DNA from: Aplysia californica
Taxonomy: Eukaryota
Length of the DNA stretch: 64,000 nucleotides
Assembly: GCF_000002075.1 (NCBI RefSeq)
Contig: NW_004797443.1
Coordinates: forward strand, 500,718 to 564,717
Reading direction: 5' to 3'
The notes under the pieces are model-generated. The model was given only the letters and a program-made list of their open reading frames with translations, was not told the DNA's origin and ran no database searches. Below, piece after piece: positions 24,401 to 36,442 of this stretch; position 1 is the first letter of the stretch, and each line of letters opens with the position of its first letter. The position numbers and the translations under genes were made by a program.

Positions 24401-27400
24401 ATTGACACTCGCATTGACACTCACATTGGCACTCACATTGGCACTTACATTGGCACTCACATTGGCACTCACTTACATTGACACTTGCATTGGCACTTGC
24501 ATTGGCACTTGCATTGGCACTTGCATTGACACTTACATTGGCACTCGCCTTGACACTTACATTGACACTTACATTGACACTCACATTGACTCTCACATTG
24601 GCACTCACATTGGCACTCATATTGACACTCACATTGGTACTTACATTGGCACTCACATTGACACTCACATTGACACCCATATTGACACTTGCATTAGCAC
24701 TTACATTAACACCTATTTTGACACTTGCATTGGCACTTACCATCATTTGAAAGGGGGGGGGGGGGACTCAGGTGGTTGGATGTTCAGATAAAACTATTTT
24801 AAATTCAAGCCATCAAATATCTACATGACATTTTATTTGCCCCCCAGATTTATCGTGCGAGACTTCCAGTACAGTGATGAGGAAATCCAGGCTGGGAAGA
24901 TGGAATTGGACAAGCTGAACGCAGACAAAAAGAAGCAGTTTGTGAGTAAAGTGGCTCTTTGTTGTGGCATACTGTTTCTTTATGCATTTCATAACGTACC
25001 TGCTTCTTTCTTATTTGTCCCAGTCCTTTTGTAAATAACCCTCGGGGCGGTGCCACTGACTGAAGTGTCTTAAGGCCTTTCCCAAAGGGGAGACATTTCT
25101 CGTTTTAATGCACAGAAGAATTGTAAATGGACCGATCCAACAATGTAATGCTCATAACTGCCTGAACTACAACAGGGAACTGCTTCTTTTTCTTTCCTAA
25201 TCCTATCGCCATTTTCCTCTACTTCTTTTGTATGTTTGTCCCACTCTTGTGACCCGCTATTTCCGGGGTGCCTTGATAGTCGAAGTAGACTTTGTGCTGT
25301 TGGAGCTAGAGAGGTGAGCAGAGTACATCTGATTCCCTCTAAGGGTTTCTCTTTTGACATCCACCCCTTGGCGCTCATATGACATGCAGTTGCGAGCGCC
25401 GTAAAACATCTACTAAAACTAAACTAATACTTTTGTAAATATGGTGTTGATGCCTCTTTCAACATTGTTAGGTCGTTTAAGAGGCAGGAGCTTGGAAATT
25501 TTACACCCACCTCTGATTTGGCAGGATTGTTGTACAATGAATGGACCAGCGTGCACGAAGTGTGTCATTGTATGTGCTGTCAAAGTAATATTTTATTGTG
25601 AAGTGCTTAGAGCTACCAGGAAGTGGGTGCTAAAGAAGTGATCTTTATTTTAATTAGTACCGAGTCGGGGAGGTGGAGAATCTTTATTATCCTCCTCAAC
25701 AACCTAAGTTCAAGAGCACCCCTTTCAGGATTTGAACCAGGGTTACATATGCCAAAGCTAGGGTGCTGCCAACTGAGCTAACAAGAGGCCGGCAGCCCTT
25801 ATGGCCTTTATGTTGGTTCACTATTTGGCACTGCGGGGTGTGCACTTTGTATGTCAGTTGTGGCACTAACTTCTTATCAAGATGAGCAGTTTCTAATAAT
25901 GGATTTCAGAAATGGTGCCAATAATTTTTTTAATGAGTATTGGCAATTTTGTCTATTTCCTGATACATTATTAATTTTCTTAAGAAATCATTATTCAGAT
26001 TTTTTTGTTTTGTTTTGTTTTATATATATGATATTAGTATTAGTGGTATTATTATAAAATTATTATATTTTATTATATTTTATCAAGGTTTTGTAGCTTT
26101 CTGTTTGAATGTAGTGTCCCTGACAAGTTAGGGTGGAAGGAGCCTTCTAAGTGATTCATATTGTATAGAAGGGGACATAAAACATTTCTTCATCTTGTCT
26201 GTTCCAGGGTCCTCTGGTGAAGTGGCTGAAGATCAATTTTGGTGAGAGTTTTGTGGCGTGGATGCACATCAAGGCATTGAGAGTGTTTGTGGAGTCTGTA
26301 CTGAGGTACATTTTGGCGGGGAAAGAACTTCCCTGAGTTTAACCTGAGATAATGCTGCCTTTTTTTTTTTCCTTAAAACAACTGAGGAGAAATATTATCT
26401 AATTGGTTCTGAGGTGTTTAAGGACAGATTGTTTCAGCTTTTTTTTTAAAGACTAAAATTCTTTTGTCTTATGCGTCTATATCTTTTTATCAAATTCAAC
26501 GTGAATTCAGTGCTTATGACTGAAACACTTTTAAAATAGTGGGTCTGCTTTTTGCTAACTTTATAATTGGAATCAAAAACAATTTTTGTCATGAGAAGTT
26601 TTATAGATTGTTCTAATCCAAAATAAATGAACTTTTTCAATAAGTTGATAGAGTTGTAATCCAACAGAAATGTACTTTTTGCCTTTAAAAGTTTTATGGT
26701 TCCATTTTCCTTTCCACTGACAAAGCGTTTCTCTATCTGTGTGCCAGGTACGGACTGCCGGTCAACTTCCAGGGCATGCTGGTGCGACCAGTGAAGAAAA
26801 ACAGCAAACGTCTGCGAGACCTCCTTAACCAGCTGTACGGTCATCTTGACAGCACTGCCCTGTCTGGCCAGAAGGTGAGTCCGGATGCTCTGATCTGCAA
26901 GGGTCACTCTCCCACAAACTTCTTCATGATATTGTCACGGTCATAACACATTTGTCAAAGTCAGTTGTTTGGGGGTTGGTTTTTGGGGGTTTTTGTCTGA
27001 GAAAGCATAAAATGAAATGAAGTATACAGCAGTCAAGATTATGATGTGAGCGAAATAGAAAAACTGCAATAATTGGATGTTTACCACAAACGAACAAAAC
27101 CCTGCTATATTGAGAATACAAAACAAAAAGCAAGCATTTTTACCATGCCAATAAGTAGAAATCTGAAAAATGTTTTTAACAACTGTGGTCACAGTTCTAT
27201 AAAAAAAATTTTTTTAAAGATTCATTTTTTGTGCTATGCCAAATATTATCCTTAGTTGTGATCTAATCTTAGACAATACATGCTGGACAAAAGGTCAGGG
27301 CAGGACTACAGCCTCCAGGATCTTGGATCAATATCAAAGAGACACTCAAAGCAACATTTATTTCTTCGTTTCATTTGTGAAATATAACCTTTTAGTTAAA

Positions 27401-28195
27401 ATATTTTATGTGCTTATATCACTTTATCATGACCTTTTACACCTGTGGTTCATTGTTTGTAATTTTTTCCTTGTGTTTTTTCTTTCAATGAGACGGTAAT
27501 GTTTAGTTCCACTTTTAAAGAACAGAAATATTTGTATTATATGACTTACTGTGCAGTATGAACAAAGTCAAAGTGTGGAATATGTCAGTCTTTTTAACAA
27601 TACTCTATCGGGTGGACACGTCAGTGGTTCTTCTGCAGCATATAAAGATTTTGCTTGGGACTCATTCAAATGTACACATGTAGGGTACAATGATATGCCT
27701 GGCTTTGTCACAGACCCCACCACTGATCTTACAATTCATGAGTTCAGACATCCTTGTCACTCGAATAGAATGTTTCCTAACCGATTGTTTTTATAAAAAT
27801 AAGTAAAGGCCGACATGTATTAATCCCCACTTGAGGAAATTTTGGTTACATTTGCACAAATAATGAATACATAAAATAACACTTAAGTTACATCAACATC
27901 GAACCTGTCATTTGCTAGATGCCAGTGTGCAGCATCCTGTATTCAAACTAAGGTTAATGTGCCTTGTATCACCTATATCACTCGATGTTTCTTGTGAGTG
28001 TGAACTCACTAACAGTACCAATTGAACACTGTTTAAAAACTGTAGTTTGTCCTGGGCTACAAGTCACTGATCCCTGATATCTTTGTTCTTCAGGTGAACA
28101 GCATGGACATCCCAGGCTTGAACCTCTCGGCCTCCGACTACTACCCTTACGTCTTCTACAAGATTTCTCTCGATTTTCTAGAACCAACGAGATAA
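12484..28195 (+). CDS. ATP6V1C1: V-type proton ATPase subunit C
   Basis: 12 in-phase GT-AG exons: 12484-12627, 13161-13228, 14187-14278, 15533-15627, 16906-16997, 17709-17807, 18539-18607, 24017-24109, 24848-24941, 26208-26305, 26748-26874, 28094-28195 (1173 nt, 390 aa). Hallmark motifs [90 protein letters not shown]. Confidence 0.97.
13526..13702 (+). mobile_element. ~180-bp SINE-like interspersed repeat, family X
   Basis: gtgggtggttggc.ggtgc.ctggtgtggtttgcttcttcttt...ttgtaacacctctaatctt...gccgtaaaac..ctaaaactaaa; other copies at 31706-31817, 34022-34196, 47176-47337(-), 54606-54781(-). Confidence 0.8.
15195..15400 (+). mobile_element. Degenerate tRNA-derived SINE
   Basis: A-box-like TGGTGTAGCAGTTAG, B-box-like GAATTCAAATCCC, 3' end gatggcggcataaaaac. 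Confidence 0.55.
15780..16400 (+). mobile_element. Possible highly decayed BEL/Pao LTR-retrotransposon pol fragment
   Basis: Frameshifted ILLSIAA...VDPLGFLV near 16211-16265 resembles the Pao ILS.IA.IFDPLG.L motif; no intact ORF. Confidence 0.3.
18657..19568. mobile_element. Non-autonomous TTAA-flanked (piggyBac-like) element, 912 bp
   Basis: TTAA(18653-18656)-CTCACTTCAGACGG...CCAGTCGCAAGTGAC-TTAA(19569-19572); imperfect TIR; no ORF. Confidence 0.65.
19573..23164 (-). mobile_element. Apparently intact autonomous Kolobok-type DNA transposon (3592 bp) in an ATP6V1C intron
   Basis: Perfect 10-bp TIR GAGGAGGGAC/GTCCCTCCTC; TTAA on both sides (19569-19572, 23165-23168); encloses an uninterrupted two-exon transposase. 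Confidence 0.85.
20150..22456 (-). CDS. DDE transposase (Kolobok / 'Mutator-like' domain type), 635 aa
   Basis: Exons 22456-21493 and 21093-20150 joined by a GT-AG phase-1 intron, giving NFKG|SSAMME. Motifs: CPFC..CDRC zinc finger, [11 protein letters not shown] (D1), [18 protein letters not shown] (D2), [12 protein letters not shown] (CxxH), [19 protein letters not shown] (E), C-terminal YGAGQF. Confidence 0.92.
23764..24006. other. Assembly gap
   Basis: Run of N. Confidence 1.
24123..24740. repeat. 12-bp minisatellite (CACATTG[A/G]CACT)n, ~50 copies, intronic
   Basis: Directly visible; explains the spurious CQCE/LTLT/VSVN ORFs. Confidence 0.95.
25724..25790 (-). mobile_element. tRNA-derived SINE head
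   Basis: Reverse strand has A-box TAGCTCAGTTGG and B-box GGTTCAAATCC but no anticodon or acceptor stem pairing. Confidence 0.55.
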
Positions 28196-31100
28196 ACATT
28201 GTGCGCATCTTCATTAATTTTATATAGTGCTGATTTCCTCTGTGTTTTGCTTTACAGTGTTATAGGCTGTTCATTTTCTTTCTAATACTTCAATTTTACA
28301 ATGATTTTTAACATACGTGAGTGAAATATTATTTTGGTCTTTGGGTGGTCTTATTATAAAGGGTTAATTTTTGTTTTGCAGAAAACAAAGCTCCTATAAC
28401 TCCCAGTGGCTCACTATCTGAGACAAAGGTGTTACCATCAATTTGTATTTTTAAAATATAGATTCTATGAATAGTATTTATCATCTTGGCCTCATTTATT
28501 TGCTGTTAATTATCAGTAAAAATTTACTCTCAAAATTATTTGTCTGTCGATCAGAAGCAGGGTCTTCTTTTCACATCAGTTATTACTGGATTAGTATTGT
28601 TACAAGCCAACCGCAGTAACTTTAGTATCAGAGTTGTCATTTTCTCCCCTATTTTGAATTTGAATATAGCTATTGATATGTATTTTGATTCATTTGTTAA
28701 AAGAGTAAGCACAAATACACTAGCTCTAAAGAGAGGGGGAGAAGTCATCTGTGATTCTGTGATAAGAATCTGTGCTACAAATCTACTTACCCTGTGCCCT
28801 TCAGGCATGTGTATGTTAATAATCAAATCAGGAGAAGACTTTTGGTAGTCTAGGTAGTCTCCTGTGAGTGTACAATAATAATAGTTCGTCCATGAATGTC
28901 TGACGATGACCAGAGGAGAATATTTCTTTAAGACAAATAGAAGAAATTAAGATTAAGATGAGTTGTGGCGTCTGCTATGACCAATTAAATCTATTCTGTT
29001 AGAGAAGAGTTTGCCACATTTTGAGCGTTTAAAAGCTTCTTTTCCACTTGGGGATGTGCACAACCTGTAGGCTTCTCTCTCGGCCTCAACCTTTCATTTC
29101 TGTGAGTGTATGTAGTTCTACGATGGGTTCTGTAGCAACACCATGAAATCTCATACTCTTTTCTATTTTCTTTGCCTTTTTTTTATATTTCCCCCATTTA
29201 TTCACACACTCCGGCTGGTATAAGCTGTGATTTGTCAATAATCTATGGTCAGTTAATCAGTTTTGTCAGTTTCTACCATGGGTGTAGTTGTATTTGGTTT
29301 GTTCTGACTATGTGTCCTGTAATATTTTTTTTGTGTGGTATATCACAATATTGGAAGTCTGAGGACTTCTCTTGCATAACCAGAATGTTAATAGTGTAAA
29401 GCATTACTTAGATCTCTGCCTCCCCCTTGGCATTTGTCCCAGTTATGTCTGCCTGTTGCACAATAGAGGTGAAAGAGAGGGGCACAGCACAATTTTGTCT
29501 TCTGTCAACTTTGTTATAGGTTGTTTTGTTTTTTTATGGTGTGTTTGTGTTGATAAGACCATTGCTATGTTTTTGGGTTTTATTTCTGGAATTTGTAAAA
29601 GAGCTTGATTCTGAGTGAACTCTAATCAAACTTGAGTCAATAGCTCTTTGATGCTTTACAATGATTTTTGTGATAACTTTTTCAAGTCGCATTTTGTCGT
29701 ACAAATGAATATGTTTGGGTGTTTGCTCCCACTGTTGTGTGCGAGAGATGTATACATTGTCGATGTACTTCGGGATGAAATGTTTAATAAATTGGTGTGA
29801 GTGTGAAAGGGATGCCAATGGATTAAATCAGTGTTTGCCGGGATACCTGTGTAGTTGTAGAATTCCTGCACACAGGAAAAAATTGGGTACCGTGAGAAAT
29901 GTATTTCTCACATCTACACATAATTGACAATACTATTATGTCCATGCAACTGTTGTACAAAGTTCCCTAGTCAGAATTTGTATGTGACTTGTATAGCCTG
30001 TATGTTAAGCACAATAACCAGCAAGTGTAGCAATATTGTGCCTCGGTGTCATACTATCTCTGTAGATCAGATGTTTCTTCCTTCCAGCTGAGGTGTTTGT
30101 GTGTGGTGGTTCCGAGTTGTATGTTTCTTTTGTTTGTTTTGTTTTTACTCTATGCATTCCTATCACCGATAAATGAGTGCACTGCTCACCAAAGTTTGTA
30201 CAATGTGCTGTGTGGTTTATTTCCAAAAGGTGTACTGAATGACCTGATTCATTCAGGCAATTTCTTAGATTTTCTATGTTTACTTTGAAAAATAATTCTA
30301 ATTTTCAAAATTCTGTAAGTTTTTAAAATTTCTTCTCAAGTGCTGTAAAATGTGTTCTGAGACTGTTAATAATAATGGATTATTATTTGAGTAAGATGAT
30401 AGTTTGCTGAAATGCAGGATGGAGGAGCAGTACTGTTGAAATTCCTGGAGTTTTGTTTTTGCTGGTTTGGGGGTGCTCACTCTCCCTTTTGTTTTAGCTT
30501 TAATATCGTATGGTACAGAAAACTTGCTGCGAAGCGCAAAAACGTTAAAACTTTCCCATTCCTGAAGAGATGAATTCTGTTCTAAGAATCTTTTCTTGAT
30601 TAAGAATCTTTTCTTGATTGTGTCATCGACATTTGTCTGTGGATACTACTTGATGGGCTTGCCGTTTCTGTAATTGGGCAAAAACGACTTCTCTTGAGAC
30701 CATTGAATTGACTTTTGTCAGAAAGCAGTTTAAGTTCAGGCTGTTGCTATTGTTTTGTATAGAGGTTCCAGTACTTCTCTACAGCTCGTGTGGGGCGTAT
30801 GTTTGAGCATTGTAATACATGCTCAATATTGATGTAAAAGAACATATTGTCTTGCCCTTGTCTGTAGCTACATGGCTCATTAGTACAATACAGTACAGAT
30901 GATACCTGTATGTCAGTGTGTATGTGCAGACGTGAAAAGTGATTGTCAAAAATTGAGGGGAAAGATGCGCCTATAAATAACTTTTCAGCTGATAATTTCA
31001 TCATGACAGAGTGAAAGCCTGAAGGTTTGTGTGGTTTTCAATGTGCTGTGAGCTGGGCTGTGATATTGCCATGATCCTCTTCTCTCTCCAATTGGTAAAT

Positions 31101-31680
31101 GTGCAGAGGATATCTAGGCCGGTGCGAGTTGAAAAAAGCTATGAAATGTGTAGACAGAACTTGTTTATGGAACACATGTGAAGCATTCTTGTCAAGCTGT
31201 GTTTGCTTTCCATTTGAGGGCCACACGACTAGAAACTGTCTCTATTGTAACTTTGGTTGGGTTAGGTTTTGTTTTTGGCTATGGATTTTGTGCCGAAAGT
31301 TTAACTATCTCCCTCCAAAACTCTGTGCATTTGCTTGTTGCAGTTATAGTGGCACAAGACATTTCGTTGGAAAATGACTGACGATGGTTAAAGCAATACA
31401 GAGATATTTTGAAAAGGGCTTTGGTTTTGACTCTGCAAGATTTGACTGTGATTTAAGACTTCCCAGCTCACTAGCTGTTCATCTGAACATTTGGGTGTAT
31501 GTCTTTTGACATGTCTCAGAATGTTTGTCATCGTATATTAAAGTTATGAACAAGTATAGCAGAACCTTTGCTGTCTCTCTGATAGTGTGACTGTTGGCAT
31601 GAGGAAAGTATGTATCAAAATGCCATCTGTGTTTATATGTTATGTAGCAATAAAGTACTACCACGTCTAGATATCTGTCT
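28196..31680 (+). other. Putative long 3' UTR of ATP6V1C with candidate poly(A) signals
   Basis: T/G-rich, repeat-poor sequence after the stop; AATAAA at 29786-29791 and 31649-31654, the latter followed by a T/GT-rich tract. Confidence 0.5.
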
Positions 31681-31824
31681 TGTTTTCATTTTCTCACAAG
31701 AAAGTGTGAATGGTTGGTAGGTGCTCTGGTGTGGTTTGCTCCTTTCCTATCAAAATTCTATCGTCTTTTTCTCTCCTCTTTCTTTTCTTTGTATGTTACT
31801 CTCTAGTAATAGTAACACTTATAT

Positions 31825-32253
31825 GTGTCACGATGCAGTAGAATCAGGCGCTGATCAATTTTTGGGCATCTTGAGTTATTGGTATCATCTTAAAGCTTGT
31901 TCATTTGACCATCTTTTGATGAAAAAAAATATATGCCTATCTTGAACGGAAGTCGAGATATTTGCGATTGAAGGGTTGCTTGGCTTCAGACATAGAATAA
32001 GCGAGAAAATGGCTGCCAAAATTTGGTGATTTCCAAAGCTTGGGAGTCCTTGGAAACTGAAAATGTTCATTTGTTGTGCCTTTAATCAATGTCTTTCAGT
32101 AAAATCCACACAGAAATATGTTTTTAAATGGACCTAAGAGGTGTTGAGCCTAAAAAACAAAAATTAGAACAAAATTGTCAAACTGGAGATAAAATGGCAG
32201 CGTCTTCGACTTCATTATTTTGATGAATGCCTGATTTCATCACGACACCTCAC
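31825..32253 (+). mobile_element. ~430-bp non-autonomous DNA element with ATAT TSD (AWWT, Sola1-like)
   Basis: ATAT-GTGTCACG...CCTCAC-ATAT; homologous reverse-orientation copies at 43587-44013 and 59131-59549. Confidence 0.75.
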
Positions 32254-32508
32254 ATATGATCCATTTGTATCGCAATTTCTGTAAAATGCTTACTGCTAAT
32301 ACTGAAACTTAACTTTTATAAGAAGTAACTGCCACAATATTGTAGTTGATATTTGGCATGCATTCACTTTTGAGATCTTCTCGCTATAATACCTGTTTGC
32401 CCTTTTACTATTTATAAATCACTGAGAAATTGAGGATTTTTTTGTTACTCCAAAATTGTCAAGAAAATGGAACTGAAGGAAATTTATTAAGCACATTGTA
32501 TTCCAGAC

Positions 32509-33347
32509 GTGGCCATTGACTGGGTCATGAGGAAAACAACAGAGGATACATCAAGAGGCATAAGGTGGACCCTCTTCTCCACCCTCGGGGATCTTGACTT
32601 TGCCTACGAACGACCTTGCACTACTCTCCCATACCAACCAACACATGCAGGAAAAAACAAACCAACTCCACAAATACGGACGCCAGATTGAGTTAAGAAT
32701 AAGCCAGAAGAAGACAGAAATGATGACACTGATTGTATTTACCTATCTAGGCAGCATAATCAAAACTGACAGCGGCACAAAGGAAGACATCATGAACAGA
32801 CTCAGCAAGGCGAGAGATCTGTACACAGAAGCATGATCTACATCTGGAAGTCAGGACAATTTAGTATACAGACCAAGTTAAAGCTGTATAACAGCTGTGT
32901 ACTATCCACACTTCTACATGAAGCTGAATGCTGGAGGATGACTGATCATGACCGTGCCAAGCTATCTTCCTTTCATACAACCAGCTTACGCCAAATCCTC
33001 AGAATCTTCTGGCCCGACAAGATCTCCAACGCACATCTGTTACGTAAATGTAAGCAAGAGGGCATGACCACCATTATAAAAAGGAGAAGATGGAGATGGA
33101 TTGGACATGTTCTCAGAAGAGAACCAGACTCTATTGTGAAGACTGCCCTCCACTGGACACCCGAAGGACGTCGCAAAAGGGGCAGACCCAAAGTAACCTG
33201 GAGATGCACAGTAGTCTGAAATGAAGTCCTGGAATCATTCGTGGGGAACGCTGACCAAGATGGCCCAAAACAGACAGAGCTGGAGATCCTTTGTTGCTGA
33301 CCTAAACGCCAGATGGCGTAATGGGTAGTAAGTAAGTAAGTAAGTAA
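32509..33347 (+). mobile_element. 5'-truncated, frameshifted RTE-clade LINE
   Basis: AIDWVMRKT, DLDF.. / DLALLSHT (RT YADD region), FTYLGSII, TKLKLYNSCVLSTLL, RRRWRWIGHVLR, WTPEGRRKRGRPKVTW; (TAAG)n tail; 11-bp TSD GTATTCCAGAC at 32498-32508 and 33348-33358. Confidence 0.93.
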
Positions 33348-34021
33348 GTATTCCAGACTTGAATATTGTTGGAATTAAACAGTTTGTCTCCTTGAGGGTC
33401 CAAAGTTTGTTAGTTTTCACTGTGCTTCTTCTTGTTGGGTTACTAAAACTTTTTATTTAGTAAGAACCTTCTTCAGCACACACACCCCACCCCTCATCTT
33501 TTGCACATGACGTCTCAGCTACCCCCATGCTGACCCCACAGAGAGTAGATGGAAACCCTGGATGTGCATAGTAGGCCGAATACTGAGTGGTGGGCTGAAG
33601 ATGTAGTTTTCTACCGTTTGGTTTCACTTTCCTTTTTTTTCTCATCAGCTGCTTCCTTCTTTTCTGAATCGTCTTTGTCATAAACTACTCAAAGTTGGTG
33701 TGTTGGGGGCGCCATTGGTAGGTCCTATTTCTGTGGGGGGGTTTTCTGTTTGTACCGTTTGTTTTCTTTGCTTTTTCCTGGCACTAAATGGCCAATACTG
33801 AATTATGTCAATGGTCAACGTGCTTCTCTTTACTCTTCAAACTGAAACAGAGGTCCCCGCAGTTACCAGTTGGAACCTTCTTTTTTTTCTTTTCTTTTCT
33901 TTTTTTTATCATTACGTGGTTAGAAACTCTTCATGATAATAAATATCACCTTGTTTACTGTATGCATGCCATTTTTGAAAAATGTAAAATGTCCCCTGAC
34001 AGAAATTGTCAATTTTTTTAC

Positions 34022-34196
34022 GTGGGTCGTTGGCGGGTGCTTTGGTGTGGTTTGCTTCTTCTTTCCTATCAAACATGTATCGTCCTTATCTGCCCTTCTT
34101 TTATATGTTTGTTGCTCTCTTGTAACACCTCTAATCTTCTGGAGCTCATATGACCTTCTGCAGTTGCGAGTTCCGTAAAACCTCTACTAAAACAAA
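34022..34196 (+). mobile_element. SINE-like family X copy
   Basis: Colinear with 13526-13702. Confidence 0.8.
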
Positions 34197-34409
34197 AATT
34201 TCTTTACAATAGTTGGAAAGTAGGTTGTCACCCTGTGACTTGCTTGATTACAGCAGTTAATTCCTAGAAATATGGTTGTGAATGAGTACCATTATAGACC
34301 ACACAGTAGAAATTGGAGGTAAATTCTATGGGCTGTAATCTAGCAATGGTAAGACTTTAGCTGTTGCACGCAGAAGACATGAGTTTGATTCCCATATAAG
34401 GAAGTTATT

Positions 34410-34926
34410 GGTGGCTCTTGTGGCCTTGAGGTTAAGGTGTTCACCTCTCATTCAATAGGTCACAGGTTCGAATCCGGATAGCGACGGGGAAATTTTCTTC
34501 TCTAAGATTTTTTCCTTTCACATCCTTCCCTGCTCTCTACTCTGTCCTCTGCTTTTGTCTCCACTTTCTGCCTCCACCCCTCACCTCCTTTGTCCCCTCC
34601 TCTGGGCTCCTGACTCTTTCTGCAGACTTTCTACAGTTACTCCTTGGCTCTTTCTTACTGCTGTCTTTCAGCCAAACTCCTGATCTTATGGTAGGAAAGA
34701 TCTACACCTAGCCTTCTCAGACAAGGGCAAAAAATTTCTGAGGTCCCGAGTGTAAGTTGCATCTGTTAAAAATCCCTTGGCGGTCCAAAATCGAAAAGAG
34801 TAGGCTTTGGCCGCCACCTCGGCAAAAATCAAAATTTCCTACCAACTGAAAATGTTTAATGTGTCCCGCGCGCTCATATTACTATATATATGCAATTGCG
34901 AGCGCCGTAAAACACTTTAAAAAACA
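34410..34926 (+). mobile_element. Full-length tRNA-headed SINE with a Nin/Deu-like central domain
   Basis: A-box TGGCCTTGAGG, B-box GGTTCGAATCC; gaggtccc...gttaaaaatcccttggc...cgaaaagagtagg resembles the Deu/Nin domain as recalled; 12-bp TSD AAGGAAGTTATT (34398-34409, 34927-34938). Confidence 0.8.
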
Positions 34927-36206
34927 AAGGAAGTTATTTTTGTTGATTATCGCAGAGTGTCTGTTGGAATGTTGTTTCCCACTCGGCTTAGGTTGCTGAC
35001 GGGGATGCAAAGCATTTACAGTCAATCAAGCTCACAAGGAGAGGTTTAGGCAATGTATATTCTGATGCCCGTTTTTCCACATTTTTCAGGTGCAAAGGTC
35101 AGGGGTTACCTCAACTAGTTCGACTCCGATAGATAGATGTAAGTTAATTTCCTGGCTGTTTTGGACAGGATATTGAATTGTATCTATCTTCTTCTAGTCA
35201 TCTAGCTGTAGATGGACAGTGGTCTGTTGGTAGAGGTAGAATATGATGTGAATGATGGCAGTATATACACCACAGAGAGCACTGCTGTGTTATCCCAAAG
35301 GGACTGATTCGATGAATTGGAATGAAAGTGAAGATCTCAAATATTCCACCTGGAAATAAAAAATTTACCACTTGTGCAAGATTCACAAATCATCATAAGT
35401 TAAACGAATATGGTTCAAGAAATATGATTTCAATAGCTAATATCAGCACGCGCACCTTGTGATACTAATCAGATGGCGTCAGTTTAATAGGAATAGGCAA
35501 GTGGAAAACAGAAATTGGAATGAACAGACAGGCAGGCTAACAGAGAGTTATTGGGAAGTTACTTCAGTTACACAAGCCTATCATCAGAATTTTGACTTAG
35601 CACCGTATTGATCTGAATTGTATTTTGTCATCTTGTTTCACAGACGGACAAAAAGACGTCCACTGTTCGAAAATAGGTTGCCGCGTGTTTGGAAGGTTAC
35701 AATTACTGCACTCAAAATAAATTCCACTTTGTTATGACTTGTCTGGTGTTGTAACAGACATTTTGTTGTGGACGAGTCGCCTCCCTCAGCAATCTTGATC
35801 TTTTAACTCAAAGAAAATTGTCATGAAATCTGCAGAAAAAATGATTCTCAAAAGCCATATTCAAATATTAAACTTTATTTGTCTTCAGGTATCACAAAAT
35901 CCTAGATTTTTTTCTTTTTGTATCGACACACTCACACCACCATACACAATAAATACTGAACTATACAACATTGATCTAGATAAATCATTTCCTCACTCAA
36001 CGAAACACATGAACGTACCACACACATACATCATTGAGAAACACTTGCAAATAAATTTGTTCTAAATTGTAGTGGGTTTTCTACTTCCTTTGTCTGGTAA
36101 GACAATAATGTCACAATTATGGCCTAGCTCATTTATCATAATTTTGAATAAATCAAGAAAGACTTCCTTGTTTCTCGTCTTTTCCAAACTCGTGCAATAA
36201 TGAATT

Positions 36207-36442
36207 GCGAGGCGTGCTGACGAAAAGAGTTCCTTCTTGCAACTCACAAATGTAGATATCTGCCAAAAATCAACATAGAGTTGAATTTGTAGGTTTTCAA
36301 CTGGTGCTATTTTCTTCAAGTTTAATCATGTCTTTTATAATTTCATACCGATAAATTGTACAAACTCAACCTATGACTTTGACGTATCTATATCCACAGG
36401 ACTAAAACTTGAGAAGTAACTCATTTTGTCAGCAAGCCTCAC
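36207..36442. mobile_element. 236-bp MITE with ~30-bp imperfect TIR and AWWT flanks
   Basis: AATT-GCGAGGCGTGCTGACGAAAAGAGTTCCTTCT...AGAAGTAACTCATTTTGTCAGCAAGCCTCAC-ATTT; second copy at 3057-3278. Confidence 0.75.

Noticed and set aside
23736-24791. Long Cys-rich (CQCE)n 'metallothionein-like' and (LT)n ORFs
   Set aside because: Artefacts of an intronic 12-bp minisatellite and the N gap.
25724-25790. tRNA gene (also considered at 34412-34480)
   Set aside because: A and B boxes are present but the cloverleaf stems do not pair; these are SINE heads.
26446-26907. 153-aa minus-strand ORF
   Set aside because: Antisense to ATP6V1C coding exon 11 plus AT-rich intron; no homology cues.
36062-36319. 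85-aa minus-strand ORF
   Set aside because: Runs through a non-coding MITE that has a second copy at 3057-3278.
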